A DNA stretch of 61,788 nucleotides from an uncultured Candidatus Bathyarchaeia archaeon. Its GTDB lineage: Archaea; Thermoproteota; Bathyarchaeia; RBG-16-48-13; CAYWPD01. Numbering within the stretch: position 1 is the stretch's first letter; every line of letters starts with the position of its first letter. Below the pieces are notes generated by a model, which did not search any database, had not been told where the DNA came from, and saw only the letters and a list, made by a program, of their open reading frames with translations. Where the stretch lies: contig CAYWPD010000002.1 in NCBI GenBank assembly GCA_964460055.1, forward strand, positions 6,400 through 68,187. The letters run 5' to 3'. Made by a program: the position numbers and the translations under genes. This document shows positions 18,015-27,511 of this stretch, one piece after another.

Positions 18015-19019
18015 CTATCCCTGCACTGACCTTAGGCTGATCTGTGTGATCTTTGGCGCTTCGCCTCTGGTTGTGGTCCCACGAATTGGGAATCGAAGGC
18101 GTACCAACCTTTTTTCTGTCCCAGGGATGCTACCCGTCAGCATAACGTAGGAACTCTTGACGAGTCCGTACCTTGTCAATCCGCCTTTGGGGGTGACCTC
18201 CGATCCATCTTCGCCGATCTTCAGAATGCGCTTGTTGTACTCGGTTCTCTGCGAGAATCCCATTTGACCCGCCCTAGGCACCGTGTACATGACTCGAGAT
18301 GGATTCCACGGCCCGATAGCACCAACTTCTCGCACGTGCTTGTGCGCTTTGTGTGTTTTCCTTCTTATGCCCCAACGCTTCACGGGGCCTTGAATTCCGA
18401 GCCCACGGCTCACAGAGATGGCGTCTACATACTGGCCTTCCTTGAATACGGATGATATTGGAACCTTCTTGCCCAAGAGATTCTTCGCGAATTCCAGCCG
18501 ATCGCTCGCAGATCCACCTCCTATGCCTATCTCTAGAAGATCGGGGCTGTTCTTTGCCATCGACGTTCTCTGGGGTTCAGTTACAGCCAAGACTCTCACG
18601 TCTTGGACTGATTCAATCGCCTCGGATAACTTATGAAGTGCCCCCTCAGTGTCGAAGTGTTCTGGAAGAGTCAGTATTCTTCGAAGTTGCCTTGGTGGAT
18701 CTCGTAGCCAGGCCTCGCCGATTGACTTGAGTCCTCCATCTCCCCTTGAATATGCTCTTACTCCTACGATTTGGATCGGTGGAGTCTCTATGAGTGTGAC
18801 GGCATTGAAGATCTCTCTTCCATAGGTAGGTGACTTCGGATCGCCTTCGATGGCAAATACATGTGTCATTCCAGCTTTGTATCCTGCGAAACCGAGAAGA
18901 GTGGCCTTCTCAGATACGATGTCAGGCCAATTCCTCATCCTGCCATTTATCCGACGGGCTCTACCCCGTGGAAGATATGCTAAGGACCCTCTCTTGGGAG
19001 AGTGAAACTTCTTGTGCAT
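18015..19019 (-). CDS. rpl3p: 50S ribosomal protein uL3
   Basis: HSPKRGSLAYLPRGRA...GYKAGMTHV...GLGIQGPVKRWG. Confidence 0.92.
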   Translation of the reverse strand: MHKKFHSPKRGSLAYLPRGRARRINGRMRNWPDIVSEKATLLGFAGYKAGMTHVFAIEGDPKSPTYGREIFNAVTLIETPPIQIVGVRAYSRGDGGLKSIGEAWLRDPPRQLRRILTLPEHFDTEGALHKLSEAIESVQDVRVLAVTEPQRTSMAKNSPDLLEIGIGGGSASDRLEFAKNLLGKKVPISSVFKEGQYVDAISVSRGLGIQGPVKRWGIRRKTHKAHKHVREVGAIGPWNPSRVMYTVPRAGQMGFSQRTEYNKRILKIGEDGSEVTPKGGLTRYGLVKSSYVMLTGSIPGTEKRLVRLRFPIRGTTTRGEAPKITQISLRSVQG

Positions 19020-19022
19020 GGT

Positions 19023-19901
19023 CTACTGCGCCTCGATTAGGTTTAGTATTGCTAAGGTGGCGTGAATCGCCTCTTCAGTTCTCACGGTCTCTGTCCCTTG
19101 GTGCGGGATCGAATTTATCACGAAATCCACGACCTCGGTTAAATCGAGATCCTCCTGCGCAAATATGTCATGCAGGCCTTTCGTCGGTGATCCGAAGATC
19201 ACGATGGCCTGCTTTGATCTTTGCCATTCTCTTGCAATCGCTTCTGCCTTCTGGGATATCGGGGAACCGAACTTGGAAGTTGCGATCTTGAGGTCGTATG
19301 GACCTCTTTTTAAGGCCTCTCCAATTGGAGAGTTCGCCTCAGTAACTTTGTAGCCCCAATATATCCTTATCTCTCTCTTGTCTACAAGCTCGCCCTTGAT
19401 TTCACATCCTTTTGACAGCACTCTTACTGCCACGCGACTCATGATCGGAAGTCTGCCTTTGACTCTCACGACATCCGGAACACCGACGTAGACATCGGAC
19501 CAACGCTCCGAAGATCCAGTGACCAGCCCCTCGCGAATCTCTCCGAGGTCAAGTGAGCCGTCACTCATGCTCAAGGAATGACTCGGTATCCTCAGCGGAC
19601 TCAATATCCCTGCGTAAGCCATTTCGGGGATTCGACGAAAGAGATGTCTTCGAAGATACTGTGGAGTCTCGAGATACGATGCAATCGTCGAGACTAGACG
19701 TACGTCTCTCTCTTGATTCTTTTTTTGGAGGTCCGGATAGATCAGCAACTCGTCCGCTCGGTATATTGAAATCGCGCGGCAGATCGACCCTATCTTGCCT
19801 GTCTTCTCCCTCAGATGTGGAGTGTCAGAGACCACAGAAGCCGGTATCGCGACAGTCAGTCGTACTCTTCTAGGCTTAGGAACGTGTTGATCTCTCATCA
19901 C
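19023..19901 (-). CDS. SPOUT-superfamily putative RNA methyltransferase (DUF171/COG2106-like)
   Basis: RLTVAIPASVVSDTPHLREKTGKIGSICRAISIYRADELLIY... This family classically sits immediately upstream of rpl3 in archaea. Confidence 0.65.
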   Translation of the reverse strand: MMRDQHVPKPRRVRLTVAIPASVVSDTPHLREKTGKIGSICRAISIYRADELLIYPDLQKKNQERDVRLVSTIASYLETPQYLRRHLFRRIPEMAYAGILSPLRIPSHSLSMSDGSLDLGEIREGLVTGSSERWSDVYVGVPDVVRVKGRLPIMSRVAVRVLSKGCEIKGELVDKREIRIYWGYKVTEANSPIGEALKRGPYDLKIATSKFGSPISQKAEAIAREWQRSKQAIVIFGSPTKGLHDIFAQEDLDLTEVVDFVINSIPHQGTETVRTEEAIHATLAILNLIEAQ

Positions 19902-19961
19902 GAGACGGCATCCGCCGTTGAATCAATCGGCATATCATGCTAGTCGGTGTCAGAAGCATTG

Positions 19962-21446
19962 CTAGCCTTTGGTCACCGCGATCGGTGTAAGACGAGCTAC
20001 CTTCGTAGCTATTCCAACTCTGTGGCTAACCTCTGCAACTCGGTCCACATCTTTGTAAGCTGGATCGGCCTCTTCCGCCAGAACTGTCATGTTTGCAGCC
20101 CTCACGACAATTCCACGAGACTCGAGCAGATTCTTTATGTCTCCTCCCCAAAACCGCCTCTTGGCTGCCGCTCTACTGAGGGCCCTCCCTGCACCATGCG
20201 CCGTAGATCCGAAGCTCAGCTCCATCGCCGTCGGCCTTCCAACCAGTACCCAGCTGCTACTTCCCATTGAACCCGGAATAAGTACAGGTTGCCCCATCTC
20301 TCGATATCTCTGCGGAATCTCGGGTCTGCCAGATGGAAAAGCCCTTGTGGCTCCTTTCCTATGTACGTATACCTTTCGTCTTCCGCCGTCAGTGTCGTGT
20401 TCCTCAATCTTGGCTATGTTATGTGCGACATCGTAGATGAGATGCATTCCAAGCTCTTCTGCGGATCGATGAAATGTCTGTTCAAATGCCTGTCTGACCC
20501 AATGAGTTATCATTTGCCGATTGGCCCAAGCAAAATTGCAGGCTGAAGACATCGCGGCAAAATACTGCTCCGCTTCAGGGCTGGTTCCAGGTGTGCATGC
20601 GAGTTCTCTGTCCGGTATCTGTATGTGATACTTTTGGACCGCTCTCTCCATAGTACGCAGATAATCAGAGCAGATTTGGTGGCCAAATCCTCGGCTGCCG
20701 GTGTGGATCATAACAGCAACTTGGCCTTCTTGATCGATCCCAAATGCGTCGGCGATCTTCTTGTCAAGTATCTTGTCAACGGTCTGTATCTCCAAGAAAT
20801 GGTTGCCTGATCCTAGACTTCCAAGCTGTGGCATTCCTCGTTGCTTTGCTTGAACCGAGACTTTCGATTGATCGGCCATCTTCATTCTTCCATTCTCTTC
20901 GCAGCACTCCATGTCCTCCTGCCAGCCGTATCCTTTGCCGATTGCCCACTCGACCCCGGTTTGTGCGACCTTGTCCAATTCGGACATTGAGAGTCTTATT
21001 TTGCCTGTTGACCCTAGTCCTGACGGAACCAATCTGAATATTGCTTCGATAAGCTGAACAAGTAGGGGTGTGACTTCTCTTCTTGTGAGATCTGTCCGTA
21101 GCAACCTACAGCCGCAGTTGATATCGTAGCCGACTCCTCCTGGACTGACGACACCTTCTTCATAGTCTATAGCGGCGACTCCACCGATTGGAAATCCGTA
21201 GCCCTCATGGCCATCAGGAAGAACTATTGACCACTTGTGAATTCCTGGTAGGTGGGCAACGTTGATACACTGAGTCAAGGTTAGATCTGAGGCCATTTTG
21301 TCTATGAGTGAACTATCCGCATAGACGATTCCTGGAACCCTCATGCCAGGTTTATACGAACGGGGAATCTCCCACGTGTTGTCATCAAGTTTCCTAAGCG
21401 GAACTTTTTCGGATGGCCTCCTCTCTCTTTCCTCTCCCAACCTCAA
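19962..21446 (-). CDS. rtcB: RNA-splicing ligase RtcB
   Basis: GYDINCGCRL, GSLGSGNHFLEIQ, HTGSRGFGHQ and ...YVHRKGATRAF motifs. TTG start 5 nt after AGGAGG. Confidence 0.92.
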   Translation of the reverse strand: MRLGEERERRPSEKVPLRKLDDNTWEIPRSYKPGMRVPGIVYADSSLIDKMASDLTLTQCINVAHLPGIHKWSIVLPDGHEGYGFPIGGVAAIDYEEGVVSPGGVGYDINCGCRLLRTDLTRREVTPLLVQLIEAIFRLVPSGLGSTGKIRLSMSELDKVAQTGVEWAIGKGYGWQEDMECCEENGRMKMADQSKVSVQAKQRGMPQLGSLGSGNHFLEIQTVDKILDKKIADAFGIDQEGQVAVMIHTGSRGFGHQICSDYLRTMERAVQKYHIQIPDRELACTPGTSPEAEQYFAAMSSACNFAWANRQMITHWVRQAFEQTFHRSAEELGMHLIYDVAHNIAKIEEHDTDGGRRKVYVHRKGATRAFPSGRPEIPQRYREMGQPVLIPGSMGSSSWVLVGRPTAMELSFGSTAHGAGRALSRAAAKRRFWGGDIKNLLESRGIVVRAANMTVLAEEADPAYKDVDRVAEVSHRVGIATKVARLTPIAVTKG

Positions 21447-21614
21447 AAGCGCCTCCTAGAAGTCACTTCACCGTGCTAAAGGGCATCTGTCGGTCCCTTC
21501 CACAATAGAGAATGACGGCATGTTCGAAAGACGACTCATATAAAGGTGCCTTTCCATCGATATGGGCGTACAGCCAGCGGAGTATTCGCTATGACGGAAG
21601 ATCCAACGTTCGAT

Positions 21615-22745
21615 CTAGGAATTCGACGTTCCTGCTCTTGTAGATATTCTCCTCAGTCTGCGCATCGCTTGGAGTTGCTCGTTTTGGTCTAGTTCCGCGT
21701 TTTTCACGATTTCCTCAAGGATTTCTATGACCTTATCATATGATCGACGATCGACGGGGAAGGGCACTCCATCTTTGCCGCCAAATGCAAAGGAGAACCT
21801 TGCTGGGTCTCTCCAGCTGGGCTTCTTGCCATAGATGATATCCGATATGAGGGCCAGTCCTCGAATTGTCGCAGGTCCGATTCCGGATATTGATATCAGC
21901 GCTTCATAGTTTCTTGGCACGAAGTTGTATGCTCTGTCCAGAGCTTCCCAGTTCATCTTTTCGGGCAGATATTGTACGCGTGCTATTTGTTGCCTTTCGT
22001 CGATGCAGTCTGTCCATTCGTATAGTGAAGACTGGCCTAATGGTCTCAGTGAGCGCATCATCTTCGTGATCTGTTTCGTTCCATCCGATACTAGTTGCAC
22101 AGATTGCATCCTGCACTCTTCGCTTTCCTTTGCTGCCATGTTTAGCACATGTTGATGTACTTGATCGCACACGATCGCCGTGTGGGGTTCCACGACGAAG
22201 TTGCATACACTGCTGGAAAGCCAGTGATAGCGTCTGGCCCGACGGTTCTCGGTGTTCATACCTTGTTGTACTATGGCCCACGAGCCTTCTTCGGAATAGA
22301 AGATGGTGTGATGATAGAGTGGGTAGTTGCACTGAATGACAGCGTTGTCAACCTTGGCCGCCATTCTGCTGGCGTACTTCAGGAACTCGACTTTTGACGA
22401 CGAAAGGCCTAGCGCATCGGCGTCGCGTTCGAGATCCATCGGAACCTTCCGGCTGGCCTTTCCTTTTCCTCCGGCTGCTCGAAGCCCGACATTCTTCGAG
22501 TCTAGGACGTCTTTCAATATCCCACATGTTACGGAGGTTACCCCGCTAGAGTCGAAGTCGTACCCCAGAACCGCCGATATTGCCTGGAACCACATGGGGT
22601 CGGCGATTCTCGCTAGAAATGACTCAGTCCCATATTCATCCACGAGAAGGGTCACGATCGCCTTTGCGAGTCTTTTCATACGTTCAATAAGCCAGCTCGG
22701 TGCGCGTCCCCGGTGAAGACCCAGATCTGCGACCCCTGTCCTCAT
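21615..22745 (-). CDS. DUF763-family protein
   Basis: MRTGVADLGLHRGRAPSWLIERMKRLAKAIV...DPMWFQAISAVLGYDFDSSGVTSV resembles the DUF763 N-terminus. The ORF track start at 22868 adds 41 aa that look non-conserved. Start uncertain. Confidence 0.55.
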   Translation of the reverse strand: MRTGVADLGLHRGRAPSWLIERMKRLAKAIVTLLVDEYGTESFLARIADPMWFQAISAVLGYDFDSSGVTSVTCGILKDVLDSKNVGLRAAGGKGKASRKVPMDLERDADALGLSSSKVEFLKYASRMAAKVDNAVIQCNYPLYHHTIFYSEEGSWAIVQQGMNTENRRARRYHWLSSSVCNFVVEPHTAIVCDQVHQHVLNMAAKESEECRMQSVQLVSDGTKQITKMMRSLRPLGQSSLYEWTDCIDERQQIARVQYLPEKMNWEALDRAYNFVPRNYEALISISGIGPATIRGLALISDIIYGKKPSWRDPARFSFAFGGKDGVPFPVDRRSYDKVIEILEEIVKNAELDQNEQLQAMRRLRRISTRAGTSNS

Positions 22746-22940
22746 CAAGAGTCGGCCAACTCGATCGATATTGATAGAGCCCTGAATGAAGCGTAAATGT
22801 CTTTGTCTTCTGCACATTTCCAACTCAAGATGTTCTGGAATGTGGGATCGCTTTCCTTCAAGGCTCACAGATACGTGACCCGTCTCACGGATTGGTCAAC
22901 CTTAAATCTGGCTTCGACGTGCTAGCACCCGGCGGGTTGC

Positions 22941-23315
22941 ATGGCTCAGATTGACCTCGAGTTTATCAAACGCAGGAAACTTTTGGAGCTTCAGAAGAGG
23001 CTGCTCACAAAGAAGATCGAAGCACCTCCCGAGAAGATCGACTACCATTCGATAGTGAGATCTCGTCTGGTAGGCCGAGGAGAAGAAGTCCTCACTGCGG
23101 CCGAAAGGCAATTCCCCATAGAGACACCGAAGATCGTCCAAGCGCTGGCCGAAGCGATCAAGTCCAAAAAGCTCGAGGAACCGATCGAAGGCTGGGCACT
23201 CTATGATCTATTTCTGGCATTGGGGATGAGGATCAGACTTGAGACAAAGATAGTCTATGAGAAGAAAGGAGAAGAGAAGAGCATATCAGAGGTTCTGAGA
23301 GAAGGGCTCGAGTGA
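22941..23315 (+). CDS. PDCD5/TFAR19-like DNA-binding protein
   Basis: N-terminal LEFIKRRKLLELQKR and a helical core of the right size (124 aa), comparable to archaeal PDCD5 homologues. Similarity judged by eye. Confidence 0.5.
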   Translation: MAQIDLEFIKRRKLLELQKRLLTKKIEAPPEKIDYHSIVRSRLVGRGEEVLTAAERQFPIETPKIVQALAEAIKSKKLEEPIEGWALYDLFLALGMRIRLETKIVYEKKGEEKSISEVLREGLE

Positions 23316-23318
23316 AGC

Positions 23319-23327
23319 TTTTGTTTT
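23319..23327 (+). terminator. T-rich tract TTTTGTTTT immediately after the PDCD5-like gene
   Basis: Begins 4 nt after the stop at 23315. Confidence 0.3.
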
Positions 23328-23637
23328 GAGACACCTGTTCGGCTTCGGAACTTGAGCTGCGCCAGATGCGGCGTTCAGAGTTGCTGTAAGAGTTCACAAG
23401 CTCTCCCGAATTCTCTTAGTCTCAAAAGCCCCTGGCCCGGAGCTGTCAGAGCTGAAGACATCGAGTCTTTCTTCAACACCAACTCCTAGACAGGCTTCCG
23501 ATCTGTTTTTCAGCATCAAATAGAGTCACTCTGCAGACTCGTCTCTTAGTTTCATGCGGTCCCACGCTAAGCTCAAATAAGGCCACTGATCACGAGGAGA
23601 CTCCAAAGCGAGCGTCTCAGCTTGGCATGATGATATT

Positions 23638-24228
23638 GTGTTGATAGATCTCCTCCAGTACGGTTTCCTCGGAATCTTCCTATTCTCCTTCGCCTTGGGA
23701 ATTCTTCCCTTCACCGGTCCATCCAATATGGTGATAGCTGGAGCCATTGCCTGTATCTTTCCATCCTTGGATCCGATTGGGATAGGTGTCGGCGTTGCAC
23801 TAGGAGCTACAACGGCCAAGATCATACATTACTATGTGGCGTTCTTTGCTTCAAGAGCCCTGAGCAATTCGAGGAGAGAGATGCTCCAACGATACGGCAA
23901 CAGGATCCGAAAGTGGGCAATGGCTGCTGTTTTCGTTTCTGCAGCCACTCCGATCCCAGATGAGCCAGTTGTGGTGCCTTTGGGATTGATGAGATACAGT
24001 TTCTTGAGGTTCTTCATTGCTTATCTCGCGGGGAAGCTGGCTATCACGATTAGTGGGGCATACCTCGGCGGACGTGTCGCGTTCAGCCTGGGGAACCTGC
24101 TAGGAACACCGTTACTGGTAGGACTCACGGCGATTTTGACCGTGGCAATAACAATTGCCATGGTGAAAGTTGACTTTGAAAGGTGGCTGGCTCGTTTGAA
24201 ACACCTTTTCTCGAAAGGAGACGAATAG
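23638..24228 (+). CDS. Integral membrane protein, DedA/VTT-domain-like
   Basis: 196 aa with 5-6 hydrophobic helices. A charged loop (SRREMLQRYGNRIRKW) between hydrophobic blocks is as in DedA/SNARE-associated proteins. Confidence 0.4.
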   Translation: MLIDLLQYGFLGIFLFSFALGILPFTGPSNMVIAGAIACIFPSLDPIGIGVGVALGATTAKIIHYYVAFFASRALSNSRREMLQRYGNRIRKWAMAAVFVSAATPIPDEPVVVPLGLMRYSFLRFFIAYLAGKLAITISGAYLGGRVAFSLGNLLGTPLLVGLTAILTVAITIAMVKVDFERWLARLKHLFSKGDE

Positions 24229-24230
24229 TC

Positions 24231-24248
24231 AAGACCGGACCCGGTCTT
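24231..24248. terminator. Inverted repeat AAGACCGG-AC-CCGGTCTT between convergent genes
   Basis: 8-nt arms (7-bp stem with a 4-nt loop in practice), 3 nt after the stop at 24228. Confidence 0.25.
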
Positions 24249-24342
24249 GTTGGAACTGGTGATTCACTGTTTGAAACTCCTCGCTGCACATGCTTCTGTT
24301 GAGACCGGCCGAAGCTATCCATTTTGCCCCAGACCCACGAAA

Positions 24343-24711
24343 TCAGCGACATCGACCCCATTCCTGAGTCTTTTGAATTACTCTCCACGAGCTTGATGAA
24401 CAGGCTTCGATGACCAGCGAATCTTCAAGAGCTTTGATTGAATGAGGTTGCATCGCTGGCGTGAAGAAGACGTCTCCAGCTCTCAATGTTGTGGAGAGTC
24501 TCTTAGAATTGTAGGACAGTTTTCCAGTGATGACATAACCTAGATGTTCGTCAGGATGTCTATGAGTTGTTGAACTGGAGAAAGCATTGTATCTTATCTC
24601 CGCCAATGTGACTTCCTTTCCGATAAGGAGCGTGCGCTTGGTAACTCCTTCAAAGAGCGTTTCGTCCTCTTGGCTCTCCGACAGCATATATCGATACCAG
24701 CAATAATCCAA
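24343..24711 (-). CDS. Cupin-domain protein
   Basis: HRHPDEHLGYVITGKL....AGDVFFTPAMQPHS matches cupin motifs 1 and 2. Confidence 0.65.
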   Translation of the reverse strand: MDYCWYRYMLSESQEDETLFEGVTKRTLLIGKEVTLAEIRYNAFSSSTTHRHPDEHLGYVITGKLSYNSKRLSTTLRAGDVFFTPAMQPHSIKALEDSLVIEACSSSSWRVIQKTQEWGRCR

Positions 24712-24951
24712 CCTTTTCGGATATCAGGTCTTCAGTTGGTGACTTCAGCCTAGAGCACTGGCTACCCTGTGTTTCAGAGTACTAGCGCCGATGCTCTGGC
24801 GACTCCTTAAGAACAGATTGGTCATCAAGAGTCGATCTCAAGACCACGATGGTCATATCTTAGGAGTTCGGAAACACTATCAGCGCGTGTGCATGTGAAA
24901 TGCTCCGAAATGCTCCGCTCGCCATGCTCCAGACCCATAGCTAGCGCTCGT

Positions 24952-26124
24952 TCATGGCGTGTATGGTGGACTCTCTGGCGCTCTAGGCAGTCTCTTTGTT
25001 TCTCTTTTCCTCTTTACCATCAGTCGTCTTTTCAGTTTCTCACACAGGCGGTCGGCGACACTCGGTAGATCCCAGCCGTCGCCCGTCACCACGAAGTTCT
25101 CTCTTGGCGTCGAGAGCCTAAGCTCTGTGCTGAACAACTTCTTCTTGCCGACCGATCTGATGGGTTTCACCCTTAGGAAAGCTTCCTCGAGGAACGGATA
25201 GGCTTTCATCACTGTTTCTATAGTTCTTGTGATCTTAGATTTGATCATTTCAGCCTCCAGATAGTCCTCCGTGGGAATGCCGACTATGTAGATGGGCGGG
25301 GTCGACTGCTGCCTGAAATGCAGTAAGAAACGTACGATGTCTTTTTCGGTGATTATTCCTTGGAGTTCAGAAAACAGCTCGACCGCCGCGGCAGACTTTA
25401 GGGTTCGTCTCATATCATCAATGACCGATCTGAGTCGCGTCTGCGGTCCAACTCTCAATGGCTGGTCATCCATTAGCCCAGTGACCTCAGAATCCATTGG
25501 TTCGGGTTGAGACGCTCCGGCATAGCCTCGCTGTACTGCGTCCTTGGGCTGTATCAGGTTAAAGACGATAAGCTGGGCTGTGACCATTCCTCTGAGGACT
25601 CGTTTCTCGGATGAAACGACGGGCAGATGCTCAATTCTTTGCTCGATCATAATGTGTCTCGCTTTCGATATTGGATCCGTGTCCATCAATGTGATCGGTT
25701 CAGTCTTCATCACATCAGAAGCCGAGAAGCGTTCCAACCCGGGGACAGCTGCAATTTTATCGAGAACACTCCTCACAGTAATCACTTCCACTTTGTCCCC
25801 TCCGCGCATGACAGGAATAGCTTTCAGTCGGTGTCGGACCATCATTTCCACGGCGTCGATGGCGGAGTTCTCGGCTTGTATTTTTGGCGGGTATATCATG
25901 ATCGTGGATGCCTTCGTTGTGTCGGGGTGAGTAACAGCAAGTAGCTCATGAAACGCCACAAGCCCCACTTTCCCTTCGTACTCGACCAAGGCCTCGCTCG
26001 CATTTCTCGACTGCAAGATCCCAATTATCTTTGAGACCGGAGCCTCAGGCTCGACGAAGGTCGGTGTTACTGCCATCTCACCGACGGGCAAGGAAACTAT
26101 GGCTTCCATTGAATCAGACCTCAT
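24952..26124 (-). CDS. Four-CBS-domain protein with a C-terminal HPF/RaiA-like (ribosome hibernation factor-like) domain
   Basis: Repeated CBS signatures (…AIPVM.., …HLPVVS.., GIITEKDIVRFLL). The C-terminal ~95 aa, IYIVGIPTEDYLEAEMIKSKITRTIETVMKAYPFLEEAFLRVKPIRS..KKLFSTELRLSTPRENFVVTGDGWDLPSVADRLCEKLKRRLMVKRKR, parallels the beta-alpha-beta-beta-beta-alpha layout of bacterial HPF/YfiA. Confidence 0.55.
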   Translation of the reverse strand: MRSDSMEAIVSLPVGEMAVTPTFVEPEAPVSKIIGILQSRNASEALVEYEGKVGLVAFHELLAVTHPDTTKASTIMIYPPKIQAENSAIDAVEMMVRHRLKAIPVMRGGDKVEVITVRSVLDKIAAVPGLERFSASDVMKTEPITLMDTDPISKARHIMIEQRIEHLPVVSSEKRVLRGMVTAQLIVFNLIQPKDAVQRGYAGASQPEPMDSEVTGLMDDQPLRVGPQTRLRSVIDDMRRTLKSAAAVELFSELQGIITEKDIVRFLLHFRQQSTPPIYIVGIPTEDYLEAEMIKSKITRTIETVMKAYPFLEEAFLRVKPIRSVGKKKLFSTELRLSTPRENFVVTGDGWDLPSVADRLCEKLKRRLMVKRKRETKRLPRAPESPPYTP

Positions 26125-26412
26125 TCAGAGCAAATCTCGACGACGGAAAGGCCTGCTTGTCGAGAGTGCTAGGGAAAATCATAACAATCGAGGATATGTC
26201 CTTTTTGTGCAAGGCAACCTTTTTCGCTCGCCCCTCGACAATGAGGTGGTACAAAATGCAGTTGCCTGCAGATTATTGATTACTTCGCCTCATGATCCTC
26301 AGGATGACAATCGACCGTACCAGCTCCGAGTGGTTGCAGTTATCGCACCGAAGCGGGGGGCAGCCGAGAATGACTTTTGGAGGGGTTCTTTGAAAAGCGA
26401 TATTCCTCTTTG

Positions 26413-26418
26413 AAAAAA
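26413..26418 (-). terminator. Oligo-T tract (T6 on the minus strand) downstream of the coiled-coil/wHTH gene
   Basis: CTAGTTTTTTCAAAG lies about 32 nt after the stop at 26450. Confidence 0.35.
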
Positions 26419-26449
26419 CTAGAAAGTTCGGGGCAATTCGTTTGAAATA

Positions 26450-26896
26450 CTAGTTTTCCAGCCTGATTTTTCCCTTATCCTGCAGATTCTCCAAGATGTC
26501 TCTGATGTTCGTCTCCGGTAGACCTGTTTCTTTTGAACACTCCACGAGTGAGATTCTGCCTCGATGTTCCCTGATATAGCTCAAAATAAATGCTTCATAT
26601 AGCTCTGGCCTCGGTTTCAGAGTCCTCTCGAGGTCTACCTCCAGTTCAGACAGCCTCCTGTTTAACGTGGAAATCTCTGAATCCTTGGATGAGATCGATT
26701 GCCGGGCCATCGTAAGCTCCTTCTGTAAAGCCTCCACAGAAGCTGTTGATCGCTCCAGTTCGACGGTTAGTCTCTCCGACCGTTCCCTCTCAGCGACGAG
26801 GGAGCTCATCAATTCCTCAACAGCATCGAGGTGCTCTTTCCGCTTTTTGATCTCGAAAATGGCGGCCCGTATCTTCTTATCCAGATCAAGATACAG
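26450..26896 (-). CDS. Coiled-coil protein with a C-terminal winged-helix domain (possible CTG start)
   Basis: Coiled coil (…ERSERLTVELERSTASVEALQKEL…LNRRLSELEVDLER), then FILSYIREHRGRISLVECSKETGLPETNIRDILENLQDKGKIRLE (wHTH-like). The frame is open upstream of the TTG/ATG at 26812. CTG at 26896 lies 10 nt after GAGGAGG. Confidence 0.5.
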   Translation of the reverse strand: MYLDLDKKIRAAIFEIKKRKEHLDAVEELMSSLVAERERSERLTVELERSTASVEALQKELTMARQSISSKDSEISTLNRRLSELEVDLERTLKPRPELYEAFILSYIREHRGRISLVECSKETGLPETNIRDILENLQDKGKIRLEN

Positions 26897-27040
26897 AGAG
26901 GTTGGGCCTCCTCAGAAAGTCTTCTTGGGCAGCTCTCCCCATTTTGGCTCAGCTCTGGGTCAGGATTCACTGATCGGGCTGTCGACTCCTTATTCAGCGT
27001 CTCAGCCCGATTTCGTTCTTGAGGTTACCTACCTTTGGGC

Positions 27041-27511
27041 TCAGGCTGTAACTCGCTGTTTGATCTTTTCGCCGGCCTCGGCCTCCGCCACTATCGTCTT
27101 GGGAGTCAGTTTCAGCTCAGAAGCTTCTAGCACTGCCAAGGAGTCTTTGACGTCTTTCAGCTCCTCCACGAGCCCTCTTAGCGAAAGTTGTAGCGATTGA
27201 CTCTGTTCGTTGTAGAGATCATCATCCATCTCTTCTGCGACGCGGCGTGCTTCAACTGAACCGATTCTTCTCTCGAATGCTCTTACTTGCTCTTCCATCT
27301 CGTCCGCGTAATCCTTAAGCCTCTCAAAGAGCTCCTCTCTGCGCTCTTCCAGACTCTCTGCCTCTGTTCGATATCCTTTGTAGAGATAGTCGTATGTCGG
27401 CTGAGAGATCTTGCTTTGTGAGACTAGGTCGTCCAAGACTCCGATTCTCTTCTTAGCCAGTCCCAACTCCTTCACGATGTGTTCGAAGTCTGTCTTCCAA
27501 GCGTGCATCAT
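27041..27511 (-). CDS. Coiled-coil protein with a CdvA-like coiled-coil segment
   Basis: 156 aa, all helical. SKISQPTYDYLYKGYRTEAESLEERREEL and a second EEMDDDLYNEQ element resemble the ISxxTY repeats of the CdvA coiled-coil region. No PRC-barrel domain. Confidence 0.4.
   Translation of the reverse strand: MMHAWKTDFEHIVKELGLAKKRIGVLDDLVSQSKISQPTYDYLYKGYRTEAESLEERREELFERLKDYADEMEEQVRAFERRIGSVEARRVAEEMDDDLYNEQSQSLQLSLRGLVEELKDVKDSLAVLEASELKLTPKTIVAEAEAGEKIKQRVTA

Noticed and set aside
21447-21614. TATA-like CCTTTATATG (minus strand, about 21536-21545) and a 17-codon mini-ORF upstream of rtcB
   Set aside because: The box lies about 95 nt from the rtcB start, so it might be its promoter with a long leader. 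This cannot be judged without transcript data, and the mini-ORF has no SD and no conservation argument.
24895-24932. Short direct repeats (GAAATGCTCCG twice, then ATGCTCC) between the CBS and cupin genes
   Set aside because: Only 2-3 copies of a 7-11 nt unit, with no spacer architecture. Too small for a CRISPR or satellite. Possibly a binding site, but there is no supporting evidence.
26099-26413. 104-aa plus-strand ORF in the 320-nt gap upstream of the CBS gene; the gap was also checked for a small RNA or a lone CRISPR-like repeat
   Set aside because: The ORF overlaps the CBS gene start, lacks an SD and has no motifs. I found no repeated unit, no convincing C/D boxes and no tRNA-like arms. 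The gap is left unannotated as a probable promoter/terminator region.
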